A DNA stretch of 64,000 bases, from assembly GCA_963514005.1 (NCBI GenBank), contig OY740781.1, positions 56,978,001 through 57,042,000 on the forward strand. The letters are read 5' to 3'. This DNA is from Raja brachyura (taxonomy: Eukaryota). This document shows, piece after piece, positions 13,010 through 25,211 of this stretch; the stretch's first letter is position 1; every line of letters begins with the position of its first letter. Position numbers and translations under genes: made by a program. Below the pieces are notes generated by a model. That model saw only the letters and a list, made by a program, of their open reading frames with translations. It ran no database searches and was not told the origin of the DNA.

Positions 13010-13296
13010 ATAGCGCTAGCAGCGCCGAGGACCCGGGATCGATCCCGACTACGGGTGCTGTCTGTACGGAGTTTGTATGTTCTCCCTGTGACTGCGTGGG
13101 TTTTCTCCGAGATCTTCGGTTTTCTCCCACACTCCAAAGACGTACAAGGTTTGTAGGTTTATTGGCTTGGTATTAAAAATGTAAATTTTCCTTAGTATTA
13201 GTGTTAGTGCGGGTGTCACTGGTCGGCGCGAATTCGGTTGGCCGAAGGCCTGTTTCTGTGCTGTATCTCTAAACTAAACTCTAAACTAAACTAAAA
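13010..13296 (+). mobile_element. HE1-like SINE
   Basis: B-box-like gggatcgatcccg, V-SINE-like core, CR1-like 3' end ggccgaaggcctgtttctgtgctgta and (ctaaa)n tail. Confidence 0.85.
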
Positions 13297-13389
13297 ATCA
13301 GTCACATTTCTGAAGAGTAAGTTAAGACCTTTCCAAATTCTAATGCTTTCAATTGAAACATAAATTCTAACTTGGATATACTGTCCCAT

Positions 13390-14643
13390 GTTTTGGAGAC
13401 AATCAACTTTATTAATGAAACCTGTAATGTGATCAAATGGTTTTTCACTATGCAACATAGAAAACATCTTTTGTACAGCAAGTGATCAAACATATAACAT
13501 TTTTAAACATCTGATGTAATGGACAGAAATGCCTGGAATGGCACAAGTTAAATAATAATGAGATACCAGCAACAAAGAGATTAAATTTGGGAAGAAATCT
13601 ACAGCCCAACTTGCCAAAAACGTTTCTTCATACCAAAAATACTATTCCCAAACAACAAAAATAAACAAACCATCTTACAACAACAAAGTATGAAGAAAAT
13701 GCAGCATCAATATTAATCTTAATAGAAATATCTTTAAAAGTATTTAGAACAAAATACAATTTAACTACTAAGTGTTCTTCTACTCACTGTAATAGGAGCT
13801 TTATGCAACTCAGTGTGTTACAATGTGAAATGGGTGTATACTGATATTTTGTTAAACCTGCTCCATCAAAATAAATCTTGTTTTGAACATCACAATAGGG
13901 AATATTTTAAGATTAACATATTGTGCCATAACTTTAATACTAATTTATTATCACTAGTGTATTTTTTTCTAGAGATTATTTTTAATCAATCACTAAAATC
14001 AAGTTTAATTTTGCAACAATTTATTTTGTTGTCTTTAACATGCTTTGTAAACAAAGCACAGTTTAAATGTAGAATTGATCGACTGAAGAGCAAAATCAAG
14101 ACTTATTTTGTCAGAGCAGATTAATATTTTCTGCATTTGATGGGTCCTGTCTGTTGTGCTGAAGAGTAGTTACAAAAAAACAGTTCTTCTCACATCTGAT
14201 CCAAAGTGCTTCCAGATAAATGCGTGTTTAACCACTCAATGGATAATCATGCTTGGATGAGCATATGTCTTTGATATGGGGTAGGACTCCATAAATAACA
14301 TCTTCTCACGAAGATCACACAACATTGTACAACTGCATTGTCTCTCGTGCTTCAGGTTGCATCACAAGACATTTTGACATTGGCTGCCAATGAAATATGT
14401 TCTGTTCAATTTGCTTCATTCTTTTCTGGCATGGGAACCCCTTGTGCCAGTAACAGTCATTTTGAATATCAAAGGCTTGTTCAAAGTTTTACAAGCAGAT
14501 GTCTGTGAGTTTACTGCCTGAGCTCTGGTAATATTCTTCATTAGGACTTCCATATTTTAATAGAGTTGTGCGATGTTAGGAAAGAAATTCAACGTTGAAT
14601 TAAGACCAGCACTCATGAATGTGGTGCTGTGTCCACACTTATT
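13390..14643 (-). other. FGF10: Probable FGF10 3'UTR with candidate poly(A) signals
   Basis: Repeat-free AT-rich stretch after the stop codon; minus-strand AATAAA at 13408-13413, 13944-13949 and 14020-14025. True 3' end not determinable from sequence. Confidence 0.5.
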
Positions 14644-14862
14644 TTAGTCTGATATTATAGAGACATCATGTCTCACCACTATTGGCAGAAAGTGGGCTGA
14701 TGGGTGTTTCCGTTTTGTTCTGGGCCCTCTCCGTGGAACTCCTTTTCCATTCAAGGTCACAAACATTTGCCGTCCTTTTTGCTTCCACGTCATGGAAGCA
14801 TAGGTGTTGTAACCATTCTCTTCTATCCTCTCTTTAAGTTTGCAGTCACCGTTGAAGTCTTT
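14644..14862 (-). CDS. FGF10: Fibroblast growth factor 10, last coding exon (exon 3)
   Basis: Acceptor ttttgcag|AAA; [72 protein letters not shown], close to mammalian FGF10 [32 protein letters not shown]; phase 0 matches exon 2. Confidence 0.93.
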   Translation of the reverse strand, partial: KDFNGDCKLKERIEENGYNTYASMTWKQKGRQMFVTLNGKGVPRRGPRTKRKHPSAHFLPIVVRHDVSIISD

Positions 14863-14939
14863 CTGCAAAACAAAAGTTATAATAATGTTGCAAGTATTAA
14901 ACCTCCACCATTAAACAGAATTATCTGTGTTTTAGTGAT

Positions 14940-15080
14940 AATGTATTGGAATTGTGGACCGTAACCATGGACTTGATTATAATCATGTATGGTCTCTCCG
15001 CTGACTGGATAGCATGCAACAAAAAAGCTTTTCACTCTACCACAGTACATGTGACAATAAACTAAACTAAAAACTAAACT
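14940..15080 (+). mobile_element. LINE 3' end (Rex1-like) with (ctaaa)n tail
   Basis: gactggatagcatgcaacaaaaaagcttttcact..gtgacaataaactaaac; similar copy at ~56680-56810. Confidence 0.6.
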
Positions 15081-15329
15081 GGATTGTTACAAAATGCTAT
15101 TTCGGCATTCAGATCTGGGCCACATTTATCAATGTTACTAAAGTAATTTATAGATAAATAAATTATTAAAATATATACCAATTGAAATTCCTCGTTGCTA
15201 ACCATGTAATCATTACTTATTGGTCGATCAAACACCAAGACTGACCATTTTTTTCAAATAATTTAACTTTCGTAATGGAGAAAGATTGTGGCTGATGGCA
15301 GTACAGAATAATCTAAATGTTATTGTGCA

Positions 15330-16110
15330 CACTTTGCAAAATGTTAACAGGCCATTTAGCATGTGGTTTGGAAAGTGCATTGTATATTGGCCTTTATTGA
15401 CAGAGAGACAGAGGGAAATCTTGTTACAATTATACAGGGTATTGGTGGGGTCACTCCTGGAGTGCTGTGCACAATTCTGGTTCTCTTATTTAAAAAATAA
15501 TGTAGTGACATTGGAGGCAGTCCAAAGGAAATCCACTAGACTAAATTCTGGGATGAGAGGGCTGTCCTATCATGAGTGGAGATATAAATTTGAAGTTCAG
15601 AAGAACGAGGGATGATCTTATTGGAAACAATAGACAATAGGTGCATGAGTAGGCCATTCGGCCCTTTGAGCCAGCACCACCATTCAATGTGATCATGGCT
15701 GATCATCCCCAATCAGTACCCCATTCCTGCCTTCTCCCCATATCCCCTGACTCCGCTATTTTTAAGAAACATAAAATCCCAAAGGGATATGACAAGGTAA
15801 ATGTCAATATATTTCCCTCAGTGGGGGAATCTCGAATGATGAGTCATAGTTACCAGATTGTAGGCAGTAATTTGAAACTGAGTTTCACAGAACTTCCCCT
15901 CGTGGAAGGGGCAAATCTCTAAAATTCTCTATCCTGGACTGCAGGGTATTTAGCGATGCAGTCAATACTTTTTGAAATCAAGCAATTGAGGGCTATGGGC
16001 AACTGGCAAAAAAAATAGACAAATTTGAGGGCATATGAGTCATGATAATATTAAATGGTAGGGTAGGATTGAGAGGCCTATTGCCTGTGCTTGCTGCTAG
16101 TTTCTTATGC
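15330..16110 (+). mobile_element. Old CR1 3' fragment containing a younger antisense CR1 3' end (15628-15766)
   Basis: EILLQLYRVLVGSLLECCAQFWFSYL..VQRKSTRL; caatagacaataggtgc tail inside. Confidence 0.8.
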
Positions 16111-16509
16111 TCTAATGCACTTTCTTGCCCAGAAATTGGATTTCACCATTTGGGTATGCAAAAACATTGCTGTGTATCGTACTAGCACTAAATTAGCCTG
16201 CAATATTGGATAAAAGCAAGTATGCATCAGGGTTTGCATGGTTTCCATCTCAAAAAAAAAAGTGGAATTCGGGTATACGCATCTCCTAATGGGAGCACAC
16301 TGTAACTCAGATTGCATCACTTTGATATATGGCACTTAGAAAAGACAAGGTATAATCCTATGGTAGTCATCATAAACTGAGGGGATATCAATAAGGGTGA
16401 ACAAAGTAATTGGGGAGAGTGTATTTCTGTGTTTCATTCCTTTGGGACACGACTTTCCCAGAGTTGCTTCACACCTAGCCACCTACTGAATGATGATTGA
16501 ACTAAATAG

Positions 16510-17420
16510 AATCATAGTCCTATATTGTGGAAACAGGCCCTTCAGCCCAGCTCATCCACGCTAACCAAAAATCCCCATTTGTCTGCAATTGGCCAATATC
16601 CATCCAGACCTTTCCTATCCATATGCCTGTCCATGTTTCTTTTAAATGTTGTTAATTTACCTGCCTTCAACTATCTCCTCTGGCAGCTTATTCCATATAC
16701 CCACCACCTTTTAAGTGACGAAGTTGCCCCTCAGGTTCTTATTAAATCTTTCCTCTCTCGCCTTAAACTGATGTCCTTTGGTCGATTTTTTTGCTTTGGG
16801 TGAAAGACTCAAGACTATGCATTTACCCCTAACTTTTCCCCTCATGATTTAATACACCTCCATAAGATTACCCCTTAATCTCCAGCGCTCTAAGGAATAT
16901 ATTCCTAGCTTTCCCAATACCTCCCTATAGCTCAAATTCTCAAGTCCTGGTAACATTGTTGTAAATCTTCTCTACAGTCTTTCCTGCTTAATGGCATCCT
17001 TCCTTTAGTAGGTGGCCAATATGTAACATGTAGGAAGGAACTCCAGATATGTAGGAAAGAATTGCAGATGCTGGTTTAAATCGAAGGTAGACACAAAATG
17101 CTGGAGTGGCTCAGCGGGACATGCAGCATCTCTGGAAAAAAGGAATAGGTGATTTATGAAATATGTAATGTATTTTCTCTTAAGCTACATTCCTCAAACA
17201 AAAACACAATGTTATGTAGGTGTTTATGAGGGGAATAGATACAGGGAATATATACAGTAAATGCATGTCTTTTACCCAAAACAGGGGAATCTAGAACCAA
17301 AGGACATCGTTTTAATGTGAGAGCTGAAAGATTTAATAAGGTGCTGTGGGGAAACTTCCTCACTCAGAGGGTGATGGTTACATCGAATGAGCAGCCAAAG
17401 GAGGTAGTTCAGGCTTGTAC
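16510..17420. mobile_element. Cluster of old CR1 fragments and a Penelope-end fragment (17030-17152)
   Basis: Degenerate CR1 3' sequence on minus (16510-17020) and plus (17225-17420). Confidence 0.7.
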
Positions 17421-17991
17421 AATACACAATGTTAGTTTGAACATAAGCTGAGCACTTTGGAATCTATATCATGTCTCCACTAGGTTCTGGAGCTGTCTGT
17501 GAAGTATCTCAATATCAGTAGAATGTCCTTTTTAAATCTCTAGTAAAGCACAAACTTGGCACAATGTGCTTTCAGTTCTCATGAGACTGTTCCCTGGTGA
17601 TTCTCATGTGGAGCTTTGTGTTCCAATTTATATTGATGTGGGCTAAAACTGCTGTTGCATGCCAAATGATGTCATTAGATGCATGAATGACACTGGAAAA
17701 ATCAGGCACGCTATCATGGATCTTACCAGAAGTGTACGGTCCAATATGTGATTGGTCAATTTTACCCAGAAATAATTGCTCATGTGATATATTTCAGGTA
17801 AAATCAATTTTGGGTTATGTTGGACATGAAATAGCAGTCTACTACCTAATTTCAATGCTATATAACCATATAATAGATTCTACAATGCTGCAGTTTATTT
17901 ATGTGGAAACCATTATCAGTAGAGGAATGTAGCAGATGGTCAGGAGTTCATAGCCTATGATTTGTGGTTAGGTGGTACTTACTTTAGCTTG

Positions 17992-18215
17992 GTAAGACAC
18001 AACATACTGGAGTAACTCAGTGTGTAAGGCAGCAGCCCTGGAGAACATGGATGGGCAATGTTTCAGGATGGGACCCTTCTTCAGATTTCCAAAGTCTGCA
18101 GAAGGGTCCCCACCCGAGATGTCACCTATCCTTGTTCTCCAGGGATGCTGCCTGACCCACTGAGTTACTCCAGCATTCTGTGTCTTTCCTTGGTAAACCA
18201 GCATCTGCTTGTTTC
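17992..18215. mobile_element. Hairpin-shaped Penelope-derived short element
   Basis: Inverted arms around cccttcttcaga..tctgcagaagggt; perfect 16-bp TSD tacttactttagcttg 17976-17991 / 18216-18231. Confidence 0.85.
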
Positions 18216-19009
18216 TACTTACTTTAGCTTGATGTGGTTTCACCAGTTCTCAGCTGAATAGATTGTTCCACAGAGTTGAGATGGCTCATTTGGAGAGTGT
18301 GCAGGGAAAATGCCATCATAAATCCCAAATGACCGATTTGAATTGTTACAGTTATAAGTTGTCTTCTCATGTTTTCCCATTCTTTGAATCAGAAGCCATC
18401 AACCCATGACACTTCTTTTTTGAACCTGTGTCCTAAAATACTGGAGCAATTCATCTCATTGAATCTGGACAAAGTATGAACCTAACCCAATACTCTCACT
18501 TTTGTCGCCTGCTCATTTTAACTTTTGGCAATGTTTCCCATCATGATTTGCCTCAAATAGCAATAAATAAATACCTTTGCATTATGTTATGTTTGTGTGT
18601 CTCACAAAGCTATGTTGAACTTTAGATTGACTTGACAATTTTGACCATTTTGAAAAAGTCATGTTGAAATAATGACTGACTACTGCTGTTCACGTAAAAA
18701 ATGATTTAATTATTAACATCATAACATAAGATGAAGTTAAATGAAAATAAAATTGAAACAAAATTGATATGGCACTGGAAGATATGTGACGGCATTTTAT
18801 ATTTGATTCAGAATGGTCCAACGGATAAATTGCTCTCAGAGTGAAAATTCATTGCAGGGGTGTGATTGGTCCTAAGATATGAAAACATCATTTAATAGAA
18901 GTAGGAGGAATCAGAGAACTTGCATTAGATAAAATGCAAGCCATTTAAGATATACTGCCGAAGCTTGGGAGAAAGTTGGAAGGACGAATAAAAATACATG
19001 GCAATACTT

Positions 19010-19101
19010 TCTGAAGAAGGGTCTCGACCCAAAACATCACCCATTCCTTCTCTCCAGAGATGCTGCCTGTCCCGCTGAGTTGCTCCATGATTTTGTGTCT
19101 G
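19010..19101 (+). mobile_element. Penelope 3'-end fragment with decayed hammerhead-like core
   Basis: ctgaagaagggtctcgacccaaaacatcacc..gatgctgcctgtcccgctgag, matching 33643-33735. Confidence 0.75.
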
Positions 19102-20859
19102 TTGGCAATTCCTTCAGATATGTGAAATAATTGGATTATTTTCACCACAGCCTTTTACAGTGTTAAGACCATTGCACTTCCAATGACATTGAATTATATT
19201 TCTCATAATAATTTTTACCTTTTCGGTTTGGTACTGCTTGAAAAGTATTAGGGTATTTGAGTTTAAATAATTTAATATGTAAAAGGTTTCCATTGATTTT
19301 ATGAAATAAGTTTGTTATTTAGTAAACATTTTAAAATTTTCAGCCCAGTTCTTTTCCTCCATTCTGTGTGTTTGCATTCTGCCCCCACATCATCCTGAAA
19401 TATGCATTAATCTCTTTGTGGTTTTTTAGCAAATGGATTTCAAACTCTTTAATTTTAGTCTTGTTATAAAAATATCTGCAGCATTACATCCGCAATTCAA
19501 CACTTCAATCCAATCCTTTGATTTTGTCTGGTGCAGCTACCCTGCATTTCTGCTGATTTTCACTCCTGTTTCTTCCATAATCGATTGGGATATGAATTGG
19601 GCATCACTGTGAAAATGTTAAAATTATAAGATTGAGAACAAATGTTCTGTACTTTAAAGCTGTTTGAGTAATGTATGATTAGAAACTGAGCTGGGCCATT
19701 TATCAGACATCCCTTGTTGCTCAAAGCAGGCATCAGACATCTTGCCATGTAACCAAGAACCTAATTTGGTTTATGGCCTGCCCACATAATCTGAGCAGTG
19801 ATAAATGAGCCACGAGCCGGCTCTAATTCATTTGGGTTCTTCTACAGTCAAATAAAGCAAAGATTTGGCTTAAAAACAAAAACAAATTAAAAAACATTAA
19901 TGGAGTGATCTCTCAAATCCACGCTCTTCTGGAATGTGAATTGGCATGACTGACACCAAGACTCATTTTATTAAAATATTAAAGTCCTGCTTGAATAGCC
20001 TTCTACATTTCTTTCTCTGGAACTTATCTTTGAAGTCCCGCCTCAAGTATTTTATGAGCCACATATTTTGGGGTACTTTCAATTAATCTTACTACAATCA
20101 GAATAATTATGAAAATAAAAAGTACTTAAAATTCTCAGTAGATCAGACTATATCAATAGAGAGAAAAATATTTAACACTTCAAGTCAGGAAGTTTACTAA
20201 CTGGTAAAGGTCACTTATTTTCCCTCATTGTTACTCTCTGATCTGCTGAATCTTTCCATTATTTCCTGCTTCACTTGCAGATTTCGAGAATCTGTGGTAT
20301 TTTGCTCTTGTGTTAGTGAGTTCGAGTTGTTCCAAACAAAACATCCCAAGCCCAGGTCAGTATGCATTATAGAAAATAATTGGCTCTGGTTTTCCTAGAA
20401 ATGTTATAATTTCCACGTGGCCAATTTGGCATTTCATCATAACTGCCAGGAGATTTAAGACACTGTAAGAATACAGAAATAATTGCGTTCCTGGTGAGTG
20501 TTTGGTGTGGCTTTACAAACTTCACAAATTCCTCAGCCCTTATGCTGGGGAATTTGCCTGCTGAACTTCAGCCAGGTTGGAACCAATACATAGACTATAA
20601 TCCCTTTCACTTCAATAGAATGGAATTGATACAAGGGAACACAATATTGGCCCATTTACATGTTTTAATTAAATGGGTTTGTTCAAGCCTTTTATTTTTT
20701 TTAATGCTTAATTTAAAATAAAAGATAAATCTTTATCTATTTAAATAGTGTTTGATCGCTTTTAGATGTTGCCATTCACAAATTCTCAAAGCTTTTGAAA
20801 GTTGGATAAAGAAGTAGGTACCGCTGGTCAGATGTGAAAACTTTTTATGACTTTTCTGG

Positions 20860-21055
20860 ATAGACAAAAATGTTGGAGAAACTCAGCGGGTGAGGCAGCA
20901 TCTATGGAGTGAAGGGTCAACACCCTTCTTCAGTCTGAAGAAGTCTCGACCTGCATCTATTTCCTTCGCTCCATAGATGCTGCCTCACCCGCTGAGGTTC
21001 TCCAGCACTTTTGTCTACCATCGATTTTCCAGCATCTCCAGTTCCTTCTTAAACA
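20860..21055. mobile_element. Hairpin-shaped Penelope-derived short element
   Basis: Centre cttcttcagtctgaagaag; TSD ttatgactWttctgg 20845-20859 / 21056-21070. Confidence 0.85.
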
Positions 21056-21636
21056 TTATGACTATTCTGGGGTGGTTTTCTGGTATTGCTGTGTGATCAG
21101 ATTTATATCCAAATGCCTCTTGGGTTTACTGTGATTAGCAGATAGATACCATATGCTTGCAAAGGAAGCTCTTGCAAAGGATCATCTCAGAGTAAACAAG
21201 GTCTTAACAGCAAAGACATTTAACACCCAATCTCAGGTTAATAATGGTTAAATTTGACTTTGATTTGTCTATAATTGTAGGTCAACAGAAGTAAAATATC
21301 ATTTTAATAGTTCTTAAATTGTTTTGAGCATTCTGCTCATATTTTGGGTTAATTTTCAAATCTGGAATTATAGTATGCTATTACCATTGTTCTGCACTCT
21401 ACAATTGGCCTTGATGGAGGGTGAATTTTACTTCGGAGTCACATGAGTGACTACGTTAAGAAGACCGTCAGTCGCCATGCACGTCATTACGTCTGAAGCA
21501 TGCGCCAACGACTGACTGGCAGGCGCGTTTCGTCCTTCCAGCGTTAATTTTTAAATACCGAAGTAAGTGTTTTCAAAAACTATTCTGCGGTCGTTTTGGT
21601 GGGTTTGGTTTTCTGTTTCTCTAGCGGAAGGAGGAG

Positions 21637-22330
21637 ATGAGGAGACAGTCTGCGGGGAACCCGGCTACAGAAGACCGCGGAGCTGCGGGTAGCGGGCGGC
21701 TGGCCGAGTCACATTTCAGGCCGCTGGCTGTGGAACCAAATACAATACACCTGCCAACTGTGCCTCCCTCAATGTGCCGGCCATCAATCACGCCATCTGG
21801 GGCCATATTGGAGTGGGGGTAAGTGCCCAGGAGGTCAAACTCCAAATTTTTTTTAAATTATTGGCCTCAGGCGTAATGGCCTTTGCTAGGTCTGTAGATG
21901 GGGGCCGCTGACGGAGACACAGCAGGACGCTGTGGGGCTTCACTGTAATGCCCTTTATGAAATTAACTGTCTGTGTAAAAACACAATACGGCCGGCATTC
22001 AACCAAAATTTGCTGTGCTGTGCAAGGCCAGCAACGTCCAGCCGGCCAATTATCTATTTGGGGCAGACATGCCGAAGCAGGTCCGCGAGCTGGTGATGAG
22101 GCCAAGACCATACGCCTCATGAGCCGAGCCCCAACTACATCCAGGGGCTCATCACAACGGGCACATCCCTATGCCGCCTTCAACACCAGGCAAAACCAGC
22201 CTAGGGGCTCTGGGACACGAGGAAGACTCGAGCTGGAAGCACCAAGGTAGGTTAGGGGTTGGCCCCAGCCAGCCCATGGTCCGGATGCGGGGGGGGCATC
22301 TGCCATCAGCCCTCTTTCCCAAGGCACGAG
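21637..22330 (+). pseudogene. DIRS gag-like ORF1 (internally deleted, frameshifted)
   Basis: Reconstructed PANCASLNVPAINHAIW..IRPAFN.KFAVLCK..YLFGADMPKQV, typical DIRS gag motifs. Confidence 0.75.
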
Positions 22331-22358
22331 GACGGAAGCCAAGACCACACCGGCAGTA

Positions 22359-24263
22359 ATGTCCAAGGTAGGAGAACCTAGTTCCTTGTGGAACATCTTA
22401 CACATCACTAACTTACAAGTTGGGGGGAGTTTGCGACATTTTTTGAATGAATGGAATTGGATCACAGCAGACCCATTCATATTGCACAGAGTACAAGTGT
22501 TTAAAATTGAGTTCCTTCTTGATTCATCACCACCCACACAAAATTTAGCAAACCGCACATATGTGTTCTCACAACAGGAACAATTTGAGGTACAAGCTGA
22601 AATTCAGGCTTTACATATAAAAGGGGTGATTCAGAGGTCGAACCAGGAATCACACCAATTTGTATCCAACATATTCCCCAAGCGAAAGAGGGATGGAGGA
22701 AGTCGTATCATCCTAGACTTGACGGAACTCAATACCCATGTGCAGTATAAACATTTTAAAATTGATAATTTTGGTACAGCCATCCAGCTCATTTCCAAAG
22801 GATGTTATATGGCATGCATAGATCTAAAAGATGCATACTATTCAGTACCCATTCACAGGGAGTACAGGAGATATTTGAAATTTAACTGGATGGGGCAGCT
22901 GTGGCAATTCAAAGCATTGCCTAATGGGCTGACTTCAGCTCCCAGACTATTTACAAAATTACTAAAACCAGTTGTGGGACTACTACGAGCTCAGAATCAC
23001 ATGGTGATGGCTTATTTGTATGACATTCTAATAATCATCTGTTTCAGCTACCTGTTTGAGAGGTTTGGATTCCTAATCCATCCAGTTAAGTCAAAATTTA
23101 CTCCAATCATGGTAATTGATTACCTGGGGTTCACAATTAACTCAATTCAAATGTCAGTGACACTGCCAAGTGGTAAGCAATCAGACTTAATGGAAGCCTG
23201 CAATAAGCTAATTGCTAACCAGCAGCCAACAATCAGACAAGTAGCAAGTGTAATTGGCAAGCTTGTGGCAGCCTTTCCAGCTGTACGCTTCAGACCTTTG
23301 CACTATCAAAATCTACAACATGCAAAGGAATGGGCTCTCAAATCCCACACAGGCCAATTCGGGAAACATATGCAATTACCACCAGACGCCATGGCAGAAT
23401 TACACTGGTGGGCAACGAATATACATCACTGCTCTAAGAAAATTGAAATTGATACACCATCTGTAATATTACAAACCGATGCAAGTGGCCTGGGCTGGGG
23501 AGCAACAGATACCATCTCTAGTTGCGGGGGCAGATGGAATTTACAGGAGTCCTTAATACTACAGCAATATGGCATTAACTACTTAGAGTTGTTGGGAGCA
23601 ATCTATGGTTTAAAGGCTTATTGCAGCAATATGCATCATGTGCATGTTCAACTACAGATTGACAACACCACAACGGTGGCGTATGTCAATCACATGGGTG
23701 CCATAAAATCTGTATCTTGTGACAAATTGGCAAACTTTCTTTCGCATTGTTGTATTGCAAGGAACATTTGGGTCATGGCCATTTACCTACCAGGTAGATA
23801 TAATATGGTGGCAGACACTAGATCATGAAAATTCAATGATAACACAGAATGGATGTTGAATCATGTCGTGTTTACCTACATTGTTGCCCAATATGGCATG
23901 CCAGATATTGACTTGTTTGCCTCCAGATTGAATCACCAGTTACCCAAATATGTCTCATGGGAGCCAGACCCAGGGGCATTGGCAGTCAATGCGTTCATAC
24001 TGCATTGGGGAGGAATGTTCTTGTATGGTTTCCTTCCATTTTGCCTCATCAGCCGATGCTTGGTTAAAATAAAGCAAGACAATGCCACAGGCATTTTGGT
24101 AGTGCCAGACTGGCCTATGCAATCTTGGTTCCCATTATTCCTGGGAATAATGACACAGCCTTTCATGGCTGTCCCCAACAGCAGGGATCTGCTGGTACAC
24201 CCAGTAACGGGGGGCAATCACCCGCTACATGACCAAATCAATTTATTGGTTTGCAGATTCTGA
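22359..24263 (+). pseudogene. DIRS pol: reverse transcriptase, RNase H, Dam-like methyltransferase domain
   Basis: IDLKDAYYSVPI, LPNGLTSAPRLFTK, catalytic YLDD mutated to YLYD; TDASGLGWG, INYLELL, IDNTTTVAYVN; in-frame TGA at 23826; DIDLFASRLN..VVPDWP.QSWFP. Confidence 0.92.
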
Positions 24264-25211
24264 GGAGACCATACCTGGGACTCGGACTGGCTGACTGAAC
24301 AGTGGATGTCATTACAGCGGCCTGGAGAGACAATACACAAAGGCAGTACGTCTCTCACATCAAGAAGTGGGAGATGTACTGTCATGCCTCCAGCATCTCA
24401 TATGACACAGTGTGCATCACGGATATACTGGAGTTTCTGTCAACGTTATATTAAGACCATAAATTAGGCTACAGTGCAATCAACAGTGCCAGGAGTGCAC
24501 TATCCTCATATTTAGTGCTGGGAATGGGGCCCCACCCGGTGGGAACACATCCCCTTATTACCAGTTCATGAAGGCAATATACAACACCACACCCCCTAGG
24601 CCATGGTATACGGACACATGGGATGTTAGCGTGGTGCCCCAGCCACCGCACTATCCTTAACCAAGCTCACCCTCAAGGTGGTCTTGCTGATGGTGCTGGT
24701 ATCGGCGCAACGAGTCCAGACATTGCACAAGCTACAACTGGACAACATGACCACCACTGTTAACACCATAACCTTTGTCATCTATGATTTAGTTAAACAG
24801 AGCAGGCCGGGGGTACCAGGGCCCAAGCTTGAGTTCCTGGCATATCCCGAAGATCCACGATTATGTGTAGTCGCACACTTGCATCAGTACATTAAAGTCA
24901 CGTGGAGCCTCAGAGGCCCTGAGTTAGTTGTCCTAATCAGCCACAAAAAACCACACCACAGGGTATCAGCACAAACCATCTCCAGATGGTTAAAAGAGGT
25001 GCTGGCAGGTGCAGGAATAAATACTGGCACTTACAAATCTCACTCCACCAGGGCTGCATCAATGTCGGCAGCAAGGGCTATGGATGTGCCCCTCGTCAAC
25101 ATCCTAGCGGCTGCAGGATGGGCCAATGAAAGGATGTTCCACCGGTTTTATAATAAACCCATTGCCGGACCGGGAGTGTTTGCATGTACCATTTTAGATT
25201 CTGTTTTATAG
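24251..25211 (+). pseudogene. DIRS tyrosine recombinase
   Basis: YSAINSARSALSS N-terminal part with stops and frameshift; ORF 24678-25211 keeps SAQR..HSTR..AGW..RFY catalytic residues. Confidence 0.9.

Noticed and set aside
14863-14868. ORF-track start 'MQ' for the FGF ORF
   Set aside because: These bases are the splice acceptor (ttgcag); the exon begins at 14862 and splices to exon 2.
23853-25211. Bacterial/phage methyltransferase and integrase (horizontal transfer or contamination)
   Set aside because: These are the normal MT and YR domains of DIRS1 elements, inside DIRS termini.
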